In this document: in pieces, positions 42,158 through 53,069 of the stretch
How the letters are laid out: the number at the start of each line of letters is the position of its first letter
Position numbering within the stretch: the first letter of the stretch is position 1
DNA from: Candidatus Latescibacterota bacterium
GTDB lineage: Bacteria > Latescibacterota > CBDEFO01
Assembly: GCA_965237525.1 (NCBI GenBank)
Contig: CBDEFO010000007.1
Location: 480,001-544,000 of the forward strand
Length of the DNA: 64,000 bases
Reading direction: 5' to 3'
Made by a program: the position numbers and the translations under genes
Notes under the pieces: model-generated
What the model saw: only the letters and a program-made list of their open reading frames with translations
Told to the model about the DNA's origin: nothing
Databases searched by the model: none

Positions 42158-43760
42158 CTAATATAGAACCTGAACTAACCGGCTGACTGAAGTATCTTCC
42201 GCCGAATCTGAATCGGTATCAACATTATGCCTCATAACGTATCTACCAGCAGCGGCTGGTTCTCCTGAGTTATCGGTGCTATCCCAGGGAACTGTACATC
42301 TCCCGGTACAAAGAGGATCATAGAGCAATTCACGAACTATGTTGCCGCTACGATAGTATAGTTGCACCTGGACAGGAGTTAATAACCCCACTCGCAACAC
42401 CGAAAAGATTATGCTGCTCATCGTTGATCCCCTCACTGTTCGGTGTAAGATTCTCAGGAGCGACTATAATGCTATCTACTATCTTGGCTATCTAATATCT
42501 TGTTTCCTTCAAGCGCTACTACTACTGTCTTTTCGCTGTTTGTAACGCGATTTGCATCACCATCATCCGTCGTTTGCCAGAGACCCTCTATGGAAGAGTT
42601 GGCTATTGAACCAGCGAAAAATGTGCTAAATCCGTATAAAGTGCAGACTTGACCTCGATTAGAAGAGTCCCGGTAGTAGCTTTCATAAGGCTGGGCAGAC
42701 GAAACCGAAGAGAGTCATCCTAATCTGCTAATGATGTCTACCCCTTCGCTATCAACTGTATAACTTTCACGTTGGCTGATGCATCTGTAAACCTTTACGT
42801 GCTTAAAGTTCATCCTGACTCCAGCAAGGTCCTCGATAAGGACCTCAGCTAACCCGCTTCTCTTAAAATCAAACGCGGGGTGGATGAAAAAGGACAGTTC
42901 CTACAAGGTTGTCCAAACCGGAAGGTGTTATGGCTCCGATAACACCTGTGGGCAATAGGGGGACTGGTAAGAAATTAAGCGTTACTCAACAGCAAAGTAA
43001 CAGATTGGTGAGAATAGTCCGTCAGAAACGTAGCTTATCTTAAAGTATCTTCTGGTTATTGGGAGATCTAAACCTGTTACACGAACCCAACAGGGTTCGC
43101 CCCAGTCGCTTCCTGGGACTGTCTCAGATATTATATCTCCCTTAGCAAAACTGAAAAGCTTGTCATACGCTTTTTTTCTACATCCTCAGCGCTTCCCGGC
43201 GATTCTTTCGCTCTGAGATTGTCCCCTACCTTCTTGAAGTAGTTTTTATCTGCTTGACTGTATTACGTGTGTTGGTCTGAATGGTAGGGTCTGTGCCTGG
43301 ACGTATATGTGCATCCAACTCAATCGTCCTCAGATTCCACGACGCAGGCAGATCTAAGAAGGGGGCTGTTCCGCCAAAGTTAGATGCCATCTCGGTCTCT
43401 GCTACGGAGCCCTCCCCGAAAAGTTGTATCTCCACTAATCCGCGGTCTCCACCATAACCTGGTAGATTTACAGTAACTCTTCCGTCAGAAGTAACATGTC
43501 CCTCTGTCTCGACCGCTAAGGCTATGTTCTCTCCCTCATGATCTAACGCATCTGTATCGAGGTCCAACAGAAAATCAGATTTCAACCAGCCAATCTCCCT
43601 AAAATCGACTCCTATCTCCTGGAGGCTGTCTTTTTCTGCTGATGAAAAGGCCGTTCTGGTCCTGTAGATAATCACAGAGGAGGAGCATCTATTGAAATAC
43701 CGACGCCCACGAAAGCAAGCAGAATCGATCCTGCCAGCCTAGATAATTTGTTTCCAAATT
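42158..43760 (-). pseudogene. Decayed paralog of the FlgD-tail secreted protein
   Basis: Fragments in several frames: EIQLFGEG (43226-43675), NLTPNSEGINDE (~42420-42460), WDSTDNSGEPAAAGRY (42158-42436); many stops in between. 5' boundary approximate. Confidence 0.65.
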
Positions 43761-44159
43761 GCCATCTACTTCTGTACTCTTATGTCTGTAAGTAGTTTAA
43801 TTAATAGACGACCACTTTAAATATCAATCTACCGATAGCTTGCGCATCCATCACTGATGAAATATCGGCAAAGCTATGTTCTCACTGTTCTGCGATCGGA
43901 TTAGGCTGAAGCAAGCCAACGTTTAGCGTGCTGAAGAGTGCCTTCTATCAACTCAGAGTTCAATCAGCTTGCTTTGCTTAAACGGATTCCTATCTCCTGA
44001 AGACTCTCCTTGCCTGCAGGTGAAGGGGGCCTTCCGATTCTATGTACCATCACACAGGAGGCGTTACCCTGATTGTTGTAGACACAGGCACGTTAGCAAC
44101 CCCGACTGGATCTCAACAGGAATGGCTTGTAGTCCACTGCTACGTCCTACGGCCCTAAG

Positions 44160-44200
44160 AAAAAAAGGGGGGCCATAGTGAATAATAACCGGCCCCCCTT
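44160..44200 (-). terminator. Rho-independent terminator
   Basis: Stem AAGGGGGGCC/GGCCCCCCTT followed by a U-tract on the minus strand, ~20 nt after the stop of 44222-45094. Confidence 0.75.
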
Positions 44201-44221
44201 AACATCTAACTTCTTTCCTTC

Positions 44222-45094
44222 TTATTCTCTAAAGGTTGACTTGATGCGGCCCCAGCTGTCTGCCTCAACAGCTGTCCAGATCGCAGGCTCAAAAGGAAGC
44301 AGGATGTAATCAATAAACGAATCCGCACAGCAGTCGGCGGTGGCGAAACTGCTGGACCACCAGCCTCCGTCGTAGCCACTATCATCGGGATCGTCACTGT
44401 CCTTAGTGGCAGTCACGATTCCTACGATCTCTCCCGCTGCAAGGGTGTGTATCGTGCTCGCCTCAACACCCTCAGAATTCAGGTCATCCCACGGAGTAAC
44501 GGCTATCTCTACAGTCTGGACACCTTCCCCACCTATTTCGCCATCAAGACTCCAGCCGATCAAGCCATAAGGAGGCTTATCTGCCCACGTGGCCGATCCC
44601 CAATGCCAGAGCGGATCCTCTCTGTTCAGATAATAGCGATAGCTCTGACCTTGAGATCCGTCCCACCTGGCCGGATCCAGGTCCTCTGAACCCAATCCCA
44701 TGAACCTTCCTCCGCTGTGGTCAGCATCGATGCCAAATTCGACGTTTTCCTGACGGTCGCCATCAGTTAACCGTGCATTATTGAAGTCGTCAAATCTCTC
44801 CTCCCACATATAGAGCAAGTTGGTCACCGGGCTCCATCCCCAGGCTAACTTGAATGCGAGGCTCGCGGGGTTCGGGTTATCAAACCCACCTTTGACGGTC
44901 TCTCTCACTTCATCTTGCGTTAAATAGTACGGATCAGTAAGCATCTGCCATTCTTCACCATCACCGTCCACTGAAATATTATCGGGAACCATGGGTATGA
45001 CAAACGTCTCATCTAACCTCAGGTGAGCCGATCCCATCGAAACAGCAAAGAGCACCACTCCCAGCAATATGAACATCGCAAACATCTGCTTCAT
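44222..45094 (-). CDS. Secreted CBM9/DOMON-like protein with C-terminal AVEADSWGRIK motif
   Basis: Signal peptide from ATG 45094; ISVDGDGEEW, WGWSPVTNLLY, IDADHSGGR, TAVEADSWGRIKSTFRE. Confidence 0.8.
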   Translation of the reverse strand: MKQMFAMFILLGVVLFAVSMGSAHLRLDETFVIPMVPDNISVDGDGEEWQMLTDPYYLTQDEVRETVKGGFDNPNPASLAFKLAWGWSPVTNLLYMWEERFDDFNNARLTDGDRQENVEFGIDADHSGGRFMGLGSEDLDPARWDGSQGQSYRYYLNREDPLWHWGSATWADKPPYGLIGWSLDGEIGGEGVQTVEIAVTPWDDLNSEGVEASTIHTLAAGEIVGIVTATKDSDDPDDSGYDGGWWSSSFATADCCADSFIDYILLPFEPAIWTAVEADSWGRIKSTFRE

Positions 45095-45830
45095 TGTGCT
45101 AATCCTTTCGTTGAAGATGATTAACTCATACAACGGATTCTATATATACACTATAGACCAGCATAACGCTCCTTTTTTACCACCTCCTTTAGCGGTTATC
45201 ATATTCCAGAATCAATATCTTAACACCACCTCCTTTCTTGAGATTTTGTGTCTGAGAGACGCCTAACGTCCCTTGCAGGATTCAAAATTAAGACTATACT
45301 TGTGGAAATTGCGCCAGCTTTGCTCTACAATGTAATAATATCTCTTGTAGATGTCAAGATATTTTTTTGAGATGCCACATGGCTTTTGAAAAAAATCGGC
45401 TTAAAGGCTTATAGTCGACATACCTAAGGCGGCTACATTTCTACAGGTTCAGTGTGCAGTTCAATCAAGGGACACTCACCTTCGAGGGACACTCACCTTA
45501 AATTTGCCAAACAGCGTACTCTCTTGTGAAGTTATACTACACTGACGTATGAAATTCGAATTGCTTCCGAATATGTTAGTCTCTCTTTCGGATGTCAAGA
45601 CTTTTTTTTCATAAAGAACTCTGATTTTGCGGAAAGGTAAAGGTTTAAGTTTTGCTTAAGTTTTGCTGTAGTATATCGTTGAATGTGTGTTTCTCTTTCT
45701 CAGGGATTGGAAGGATTGCCATAGCTTATCCTGGGAGACGAACCTCTCTTTACTTGCGCCTTCATTCATTGGTTATCAGGAGCCTTCGAGGATGTTCGGT
45801 TCTCTATCGCGGAAGCTGCGTGATGTCTAG

Positions 45831-45853
45831 TCCCTGATAGGTTCAATCGCGGG
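45831..45853 (+). repeat. Degenerate 23-bp palindromic element copy (supplies the TGA stop of 45843-46808)
   Basis: TCCCTGATAGGTTCAATCGCGGG. Confidence 0.7.
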
Positions 45854-46808
45854 AGGGTGCGGGCGACCAAGAAGGCATATGGTCGTCCGCCGGGTTGTCG
45901 GTCAGCCTTATGGGGTTTGTACCGTCAGCGTTCATCACGTAAATTTCCCCATTGCCATCGCGAGTTGAATGAAAGACGATCTTTGTCCCATCCGGAGACC
46001 AAGAGGGCGAGTCGTCTATGACCCTGTTATCGGTCAGTCGTGTCTGGTTTGTCCCGTCACTATCCATCACGTAGATTTCATAGTTGGCATCGCGGTGTGA
46101 CCAAAAGAGGATCTTCTGCCCATCCGGAGACCAGGAAGGTCTAAAATCGTTCGCTGTGTTGTCGGTCAACCTTATGGGGTGCGTTCCGTCAGCGTTCATC
46201 ACATAGATCTCATAGTCGCCATCCGAATCTGACATAAAGATAATCTTCCTCCCATCCGGAGACCAAGAAGGAAAGCCGTCGCGCGCCGGGTTGTCAGTCA
46301 GCCTTATCGGGTCTGTTCCGTCAGCGTTCATCACATAGATCTCATAGTTGCCATCGCGGTGTGACCGAAATGCGATCTTCTGCCCATCCGGCGACCAGGA
46401 AGGCGCGGTGTCATACTCGGAGTTGTGGGTCAGCCTTATTTCGTTTGTTCCGTCAGGGTTCATCACGTAGATCTCCCCGTTGCCATCGCGATATGACACA
46501 AATGCTATCTTCGTCCCGTCCGGCGACCAAGAAGGAAGGTAGTCCCTCACCGTGTTGTAGGTCAGTCTTATTGGGTTTGTACCGTCAGCGTTCATCACGT
46601 AAATTTCGGAGCTTTTTGAAGTAAAGTAATCATTGCTCTGGCGGTATGACACAAAAGCGATCTTCGGCTTTGGTAGACTGGATTTTGTTGTATTTGTGCT
46701 ATTGTCTTGACCAAAGCCTGTCTCCAGTGGCAGCAAGAGGACACTCAGCAGAGCTATGAGATGAAAAGCCCCTCGTGATCCTATAATGGTATTTCTCCTT
46801 TTTGACAT
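45843..46808 (-). CDS. TolB-like beta-propeller (PD40 repeats)
   Basis: Six ~44-aa repeats [36 protein letters not shown]; signal peptide. Confidence 0.92.
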   Translation of the reverse strand: MSKRRNTIIGSRGAFHLIALLSVLLLPLETGFGQDNSTNTTKSSLPKPKIAFVSYRQSNDYFTSKSSEIYVMNADGTNPIRLTYNTVRDYLPSWSPDGTKIAFVSYRDGNGEIYVMNPDGTNEIRLTHNSEYDTAPSWSPDGQKIAFRSHRDGNYEIYVMNADGTDPIRLTDNPARDGFPSWSPDGRKIIFMSDSDGDYEIYVMNADGTHPIRLTDNTANDFRPSWSPDGQKILFWSHRDANYEIYVMDSDGTNQTRLTDNRVIDDSPSWSPDGTKIVFHSTRDGNGEIYVMNADGTNPIRLTDNPADDHMPSWSPAPSRD

Positions 46809-47084
46809 CGTGATGAAGTTCAGCCCCGACCTTCCGATTTTGATCTTGCAGCGAGTCGTGAATAATGCCGTTTGTACAAACTATACAACAATCACATTAC
46901 GATATGGCAGAAGCGATTGAATGTCCAGAATTTATCTCTGGCCACCAGGCTGGTCAGTTTTGTACTGTGTTAAAAGTTAACGGAGATATTCCAAAACTGG
47001 GCCTTAGCCCAGTTAAACCCGACCGGTCTACTATCCGTCGTAACCGATGTAACGGCGTACAAAGGTCAAGTCACTCTTCCCTTG

Positions 47085-47120
47085 TCCCCGACGGATTCTA
47101 TCGGGGGTCAATCGGTGGGG
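47085..47120. repeat. Palindromic element copy plus half copy
   Basis: TCCCCGACGGATTCTATCGGGGG-TCAATCGGTGGGG. Confidence 0.7.
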
Positions 47121-47285
47121 AGTGAAGCAATCTGAGTGAGACTACCGCTCGCTGTATAGTTGTATACTATATTGGATCTCTATATTCTTGTCCATATTAT
47201 TTGGACCCGATACTCAAAAATATCACGCTTCAGACTGCTACGAACAGTCGATTTTCCAATCGCCTGTCATAAAAGTTCAAGGCGC

Positions 47286-49589
47286 TTAAGGTCCAGAATC
47301 TTCCACAACTGTGATGATCTGATTCGCAGGGACGTCCTTCAAGCTCTGGACTATGCCGCTGGGCCATTTAATCTCCACCAGGTCAGCACTTTCATAAGAT
47401 CCCAATCCAAATTCTAAGGGAAGACTGTTCGTAGATCCAAATCCACATCCCCCGCTCACCTCAGCATAGCGCAAGAACTGCCCCGTAGTTACTGTTACCT
47501 TGGCTCCAATGCCATCCCGATTGCTCTTTGTTCCGACTAATTTAACCGTGAGCCAGTTGTTGCCATTTCCTTCGTTGCGGTAGAGCTTATTTGCCCATCT
47601 ATCTCCCTCTAAGGCTCCCCCAACGGCGGCATAAATATCTTGATCTCCATCGTAGTCGTAGTCTGCGAAGATGACTCCGTGAGTCTTACCTATGTGTCCT
47701 ACTCCTGCTGATTCTGTGATGTCAGAAAATGTGCCATCGCCGTTGTTGTAAAGGAGCGCGCTCGGCTCCAAACGCCACATCTGCGGTCCACCGTTGCCAA
47801 AGTATATATCCAAATAGCCGTCGTTGTCCACGTCCCCGAAATTGCCCCCCATGGTGCCGAAGCACTTGTGCAGCTTAGCCTCATCTGTCGCGTAGGAGAA
47901 GGTACCATCCTGGTTATTGCGAAAAAGGAGTGGCTTGCAGTCGTCATTCGGGGCTTTCCCAAACACATGACTCTCTATCACATCTGGGTACGTCGCCATC
48001 GTGGAAACGAAAATGTCCAGATAACCATCGTTGTTGTAATCTAAAAAGAATGTGATAAATCCCTCTCTGGACCACCCCGCCACCCCAGCCAGTTCGGTCA
48101 CATCCAGATAGGTTCCGTCCCCGTTATTGCGATAGAGCACATCTTCCTGACCAGAGTTGACCACATATATATCTAAATCCCCATCGTTGTCGTAGTCCCC
48201 GAACGCTGTCCCGATTGCCTTACCCTTATGATTTACACCTGCTTGAGCAGATACATCCTTGAAGGTGCCATCGCCGTTGTTCCGATAGAGGGCATTGGGG
48301 GATCCGTCTCCCACTATACCGTTGGCGATGTAGATGTCCAGGAATCCATCGTTATCGTAGTCGCCAAAAGCAGCGCAAAAGCTCGATCGGGTATCTCCGA
48401 CGCCAGCCTGTTCGGTAACATCATCAAATCTGCCATCCCCATTATTACGATAGAGGGTGTTTCGACCGTTGCCATTCCAACCGTCTTTAGTTACGTAAAT
48501 GTCCAGATCTCCGTCGTTGTCGTAGTCTGCAAAGAGCGCAGCCCACCCGCCGTTGGGGTCATCAACCCCACTCTGTTGGGTTACGTCATCGAAGGTGCCG
48601 TTGCCATTATTGCGGTAGAGGGCAAGACCATCGTAATTTCCAACGGCAAAGATGTCCAGATCTCCATCGTTGTCATAATCGCCCCAGGCGCTGCCGCGCC
48701 CTCTATCCACCTTCATAGTCCCACTTTCGGGAGCTATATCGGTAAATTTAACGGGTGACTCAACAATTCCCTGTCTGGAGAGCTCTATTTTGTATTTCTG
48801 GTGTAAGTCGTTGGGGTACCCCCCTTGTTGGGCGTAGGCCAGTCTTAAATTCCACTTCGCCTCCATATGGAGGGGTTCTATATCAACTACACGCTTCAGC
48901 GACGAGATAGCATCTTCATACTCCCCAGCCCGAAGATGGGTCACGCCCAGGAGATAATGGTAATCCAAGTACCTGGTATACTCTTGCGTGAGGGCTTTAA
49001 ATTCTTTGGCAGCCTCCTCAAACTCCCCTAAGTTCAATTCTGCCACTGCCAGAAAGAACCTGATGCGCGTAGAACCCGGATTGAGTTCCAGTGCCTTTTG
49101 GAACTGTCTCTTGGATTCCTGGAGGTTCATCGTTGGAGTAGCAGGATTCATAAGAACCTCTCCAAGCGACACACGGCTTTCTATATGTCCTGGGTCTATC
49201 TCAACCGCCCGCTTAAATTCCAGGTACGATTGGTAAAACTTTTTCTGGTGCATAAGTGCCTCGCCTAAGAGGAGGTGCGCCTCGACTCGGTCGGGATCGA
49301 TTTCTATGGCCTTATTGAGTTCACGGACGCTCAAATCGAACTTATACTGGTGGATGTGCACCCTTCCCAGTTCAACACGGGCCTCATAGTAATTGGGATC
49401 TCCTTTCAGACACGCTTCATATTCCCGCGCGGCCTTGTCAAGTTGGCCGTGCTTGTAGTAACTGATACCCATCCAGTAGCGGTCTTGCACGTCTTCCCTT
49501 TGGGATCTTCCTGATCCATCTCTATCCCTATCGCACGAGCTGCAAAGAAAAAGAAATGCCGTCAACAGTGTTAAAAAGGACCTGCTCAT
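47286..49589 (-). CDS. TPR + FG-GAP (VCBS) + ASPIC/UnbV protein (CRTAC1-like), probable lipoprotein
   Basis: N-terminal Cys-containing signal, TPRs, repeated DYDNDGDLDI..LYRNNGDGTF, NNWLTVKLVG...SNRDGIGAKV...LEFGLG...IKWPSG. Confidence 0.9.
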   Translation of the reverse strand: MSRSFLTLLTAFLFLCSSCDRDRDGSGRSQREDVQDRYWMGISYYKHGQLDKAAREYEACLKGDPNYYEARVELGRVHIHQYKFDLSVRELNKAIEIDPDRVEAHLLLGEALMHQKKFYQSYLEFKRAVEIDPGHIESRVSLGEVLMNPATPTMNLQESKRQFQKALELNPGSTRIRFFLAVAELNLGEFEEAAKEFKALTQEYTRYLDYHYLLGVTHLRAGEYEDAISSLKRVVDIEPLHMEAKWNLRLAYAQQGGYPNDLHQKYKIELSRQGIVESPVKFTDIAPESGTMKVDRGRGSAWGDYDNDGDLDIFAVGNYDGLALYRNNGNGTFDDVTQQSGVDDPNGGWAALFADYDNDGDLDIYVTKDGWNGNGRNTLYRNNGDGRFDDVTEQAGVGDTRSSFCAAFGDYDNDGFLDIYIANGIVGDGSPNALYRNNGDGTFKDVSAQAGVNHKGKAIGTAFGDYDNDGDLDIYVVNSGQEDVLYRNNGDGTYLDVTELAGVAGWSREGFITFFLDYNNDGYLDIFVSTMATYPDVIESHVFGKAPNDDCKPLLFRNNQDGTFSYATDEAKLHKCFGTMGGNFGDVDNDGYLDIYFGNGGPQMWRLEPSALLYNNGDGTFSDITESAGVGHIGKTHGVIFADYDYDGDQDIYAAVGGALEGDRWANKLYRNEGNGNNWLTVKLVGTKSNRDGIGAKVTVTTGQFLRYAEVSGGCGFGSTNSLPLEFGLGSYESADLVEIKWPSGIVQSLKDVPANQIITVVEDSGP

Positions 49590-49613
49590 TTATACTCCTT
49601 AAATTTCATCAGT

Positions 49614-51431
49614 TCACCGGGATATAGCAGAAAACGTAGTTCCCTCAACTATTCCACTTCCCTCCTGGACTACCACCAGTCGGTTGGCAGAAAGATTTTC
49701 GAATCTTTCGACAAGTCCGCTTGGCCAGATTACTTCTAACAGGTCTACAGTATTGCTCTTCCCCAGCCCGAAGTGAACTCTAAGATCGTTCTGTGATAGA
49801 TAGCTAGAACCGCTTCTGACCTCATTTATCTGAGTAAGTGCACCACAGCTGACCTTTATCCTTGTTCCTATACCGTCACTGTTGCTTTCGACTCCCACAG
49901 TCTTGACCATCAACCAGTTGTTTCTGTTGCCGCCTTCATTGCGCAGAAAAGTAGGAGTATCGTTCAGATCCAGGACGAATATGTCTATATCCCCATCGTT
50001 GTCGTAATCTCCAAAGGATGCGCCTCTGCTTACCTTCTTGATTTGCAGCCCCTCTCCCGAATTTTCGGAAACATCTTCGAATGTGCCATCTCCCAAGTTC
50101 TCAAAGAGTTGATTGGTCTGGGCATAGCTGGTGCCCAAGTTCGCCCTATCCAGCTGCGGAAAGATATGCCCATTAGCGACAAAAAGGTCTTTATCCCCAT
50201 CGTTGTCGTAGTCGAAAAACTCTGTGCCCCAGGCCAAGAATTCGAAGCTCTCAATTGCTACTCCGCTATCAAAGCTGACATCTGAAAAGAGTACGCCTTT
50301 ATCGTTGTGGTAGAGAGTATTGGTCTGCTCCCAAAAGTTAGTGACAAATATATCCTGATAACCGTCGTTATCGTAATCTCCAAAGGCAATTCCCATGCAT
50401 CCCTGTGCCTCGCCGTATGCGCTGTAGGCGGCACCTATCATCCAGCCTATATCTGTAAAGGTCCCGTCGCCGTTGTTTTGATAGAGGAAGTTAGGGCCAG
50501 TGTCGTTCGCCACATAGATGTCCTGGTCGCCGTCGTTGTCATAATCCCCACAGATCACTCCGAGACCGTAGAGCATCTTTTCACCCACAACTTTAGCCTC
50601 CTCAGTCACGTCCGAAAAAGTCCCATCTCCCTCATTGCGATACAATATATCCCCATCTCCCTTTATCCCTCGAGGTCCGAAGTGAACCTTTAGTCCTTTC
50701 CACCTGTAAGATCTATCGGGAGTGGTCTCTACAAAGTGATTAAAATCGACGTAGTTTGCGACGTACAGGTCCAGGTCTCCATCACCATCATAATCGAAGA
50801 ACGCGCATCCAGTGCTAAGCCCTTCATCTCCCACCTTGGCGCGTTCTGTTACATCTTTGAAAGTTCCATCACCCTGGTTGCTATACAGAACGTTTTTCCC
50901 ATAATTAGTCACATAGATGTCCAGGGCACCATCGTTGTTGTAATCTCCGGTTGCGCAGCCCATGCCCCAACCCTCATCGCCCGTTCCTGATTTTTCGGTC
51001 ACATCGATGAACGTGTTTCCGTCGTTCCTGTAAAGGGCATTTCGAGGATGATCGCCATCTGGAAACCCCACCACTCTTGATCCATTCAAAACGTACAGAT
51101 CTAAATCGCCATCGTTGTCATAATCGAAAAACGCGGATCCTCCCATCATAGCATCGACTACGTAGGATTGCTCACTGTCCCCGGAGACGTTTTTCAAAAC
51201 GACCCCCAGATCCGATGATACATCGACGAACATAACGCGACCGTCCCCTGGGGGACTTTTGGCAGTGCTGATCTTTCTGGAAGATCCACTGCTGCCCTCT
51301 GACACCTCGGCCTGACTATCCTCCGGAAAACTGTTGTCCGAACTTTTCTTAGAAGACTCGCTATTTCCCTGACATCCGAAGGACGATAACCCCACAAGAA
51401 CAAGGAACGATATGTAGAAGTGAATACGCAT
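49614..51431 (-). CDS. CRTAC1-family FG-GAP + ASPIC/UnbV lipoprotein
   Basis: Lipobox-like SFGC, DYDNDGD repeats, SYLSQNDLRVHFGLG...WPSG. Confidence 0.92.
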   Translation of the reverse strand: MRIHFYISFLVLVGLSSFGCQGNSESSKKSSDNSFPEDSQAEVSEGSSGSSRKISTAKSPPGDGRVMFVDVSSDLGVVLKNVSGDSEQSYVVDAMMGGSAFFDYDNDGDLDLYVLNGSRVVGFPDGDHPRNALYRNDGNTFIDVTEKSGTGDEGWGMGCATGDYNNDGALDIYVTNYGKNVLYSNQGDGTFKDVTERAKVGDEGLSTGCAFFDYDGDGDLDLYVANYVDFNHFVETTPDRSYRWKGLKVHFGPRGIKGDGDILYRNEGDGTFSDVTEEAKVVGEKMLYGLGVICGDYDNDGDQDIYVANDTGPNFLYQNNGDGTFTDIGWMIGAAYSAYGEAQGCMGIAFGDYDNDGYQDIFVTNFWEQTNTLYHNDKGVLFSDVSFDSGVAIESFEFLAWGTEFFDYDNDGDKDLFVANGHIFPQLDRANLGTSYAQTNQLFENLGDGTFEDVSENSGEGLQIKKVSRGASFGDYDNDGDIDIFVLDLNDTPTFLRNEGGNRNNWLMVKTVGVESNSDGIGTRIKVSCGALTQINEVRSGSSYLSQNDLRVHFGLGKSNTVDLLEVIWPSGLVERFENLSANRLVVVQEGSGIVEGTTFSAISR

Positions 51432-51437
51432 TGTTTC

Positions 51438-53069
51438 TTACTTTTTCAGGCTCTGGAGGATCTCCAGTTCCTTCTGTGCGTCTTGCTGTCTGCCCAGTTT
51501 TATATAAGAATCTCTAAGACGAGAGTGAAACTCAGGGTTATAGGGAGCAAGAGCAATGGCGTATTTGTACGCATTGACAGCCTTTATGTGCCTGCCCTGA
51601 TTTGAATAGGCTATCCCCAAATCGCAGTGAAATTCGGGGTTACTCGGGACCATACTTACCCTACGTTCCAAATCGTCTACATTATGTTCGCGCAGCTTCC
51701 TGAATATCTCCAACTCCATTTTTCCTTCTTCAGATTTACCCTCTCTGATATAGGCGTTCCCCAGGCTGAAATGAGCTTCTGCGTTGTGGGGCTCGACTTC
51801 AATAGCTTTCCTGTATTCTTGTATCGCCTCTCCGTGTCTTCCGAGCTTGGCATACATTGCGCCTAAATTGTGATGAAATTCTCCATCGTCAGATTCGAGA
51901 CTGATGGCCTTTTTAAATTCTTCGATAGCTTCAGCGTACATCTTACGTCTTGAATATATCAACCCGAGCCGAAAGTGCGTACGAGCTATATTAGGATCTA
52001 TTTCGATCGTTTTTTCGTACTGCTTGGCCGCCTCATCGTACTTCCGCTGCCGTTCATAGGCCATGCCGAGGTTGTGGTGGAACCACCTGTTGGAAGGAGC
52101 GAGTTCCACAGCTCGACGATGTTCCCCGATAGCCTCAGATAGTACGTCTTGCTCCGCAAATACAGCACCCAAAGGGGCAACGGACAGTTCAATGTAAAGC
52201 AGACCCAATTTATCGTGCACATCTGCGCGGTTGGGATCATGCTTTAAAATCCTTTTGAACGCCTCTACAGCCTCGGGAAATCTACCTACGGCTCTGAGAG
52301 CATGCCCCAGAGCGTAATAGGCAGACGGGTCATTGGGTAGTAATTTTGAGGCAAGTTGTAATGCCTCTACAGCTTTGGAGTATTCTTGCCTTTCAAGGAA
52401 AATTCTCCCAAGCCTGTAGCGAGAAGGTCCGTAATTGGGATTGAGGCTGATGGCCCTCATAAAGCTCTGTTCTGCTTTATGCTTCTCCTGATTCAGAGAG
52501 TAGATAATGCCGAGGCCATGATGTGCCGGAAAGTACTTTGGAGAGAGCTTAACCACCTGTTCGTAAGCATCCCTTGCCTTGTCGTATTCCTTTCGTATGA
52601 AAGATATTTTACCTAAATGAAAGAGTGAGGGGACATCGTTAGGGTCGATTTGGAGCGCACCTCTAAATTCCTCTACTGCCTCACTATACCTGGCTTGTAT
52701 GGTATAAATTAAGCCGAGGCCGGTGCGAGCACGGATGTTCTTTGGATCCATTACGATGGCTTTCTTATATTCTGTCTCTGCGGCCCCGTAGTCGCCACTC
52801 TTGGCATAGTAGCGGCCGAGTTTATACTGTTCTTGTCCGCTTCGGGTGTTCTCCGAATCACTGTTCGGCTCCACGCTTAATTTCTGCCCGTAAGCTGCCT
52901 CAGAATAACACAGAAAGCACGCTACTAAGATGGCAAGCGCAAGACAAAGACGTCCGCTTCGCGTCTTACGGAGTTGATGTTCGACCCAGAGGTTTGGCAG
53001 ATGTGTAGAAAGACTCCAATGGTGCATAGACTCTTCCAGTTCCAGATAGAATGCGGACACAGGCGGCAA
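51438..53069 (-). CDS. Tetratricopeptide repeat protein
   Basis: More than 10 canonical 34-aa TPRs after a hydrophobic N-terminal segment; true start probably downstream of 53069. Confidence 0.88.
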   Translation of the reverse strand: MPPVSAFYLELEESMHHWSLSTHLPNLWVEHQLRKTRSGRLCLALAILVACFLCYSEAAYGQKLSVEPNSDSENTRSGQEQYKLGRYYAKSGDYGAAETEYKKAIVMDPKNIRARTGLGLIYTIQARYSEAVEEFRGALQIDPNDVPSLFHLGKISFIRKEYDKARDAYEQVVKLSPKYFPAHHGLGIIYSLNQEKHKAEQSFMRAISLNPNYGPSRYRLGRIFLERQEYSKAVEALQLASKLLPNDPSAYYALGHALRAVGRFPEAVEAFKRILKHDPNRADVHDKLGLLYIELSVAPLGAVFAEQDVLSEAIGEHRRAVELAPSNRWFHHNLGMAYERQRKYDEAAKQYEKTIEIDPNIARTHFRLGLIYSRRKMYAEAIEEFKKAISLESDDGEFHHNLGAMYAKLGRHGEAIQEYRKAIEVEPHNAEAHFSLGNAYIREGKSEEGKMELEIFRKLREHNVDDLERRVSMVPSNPEFHCDLGIAYSNQGRHIKAVNAYKYAIALAPYNPEFHSRLRDSYIKLGRQQDAQKELEILQSLKK

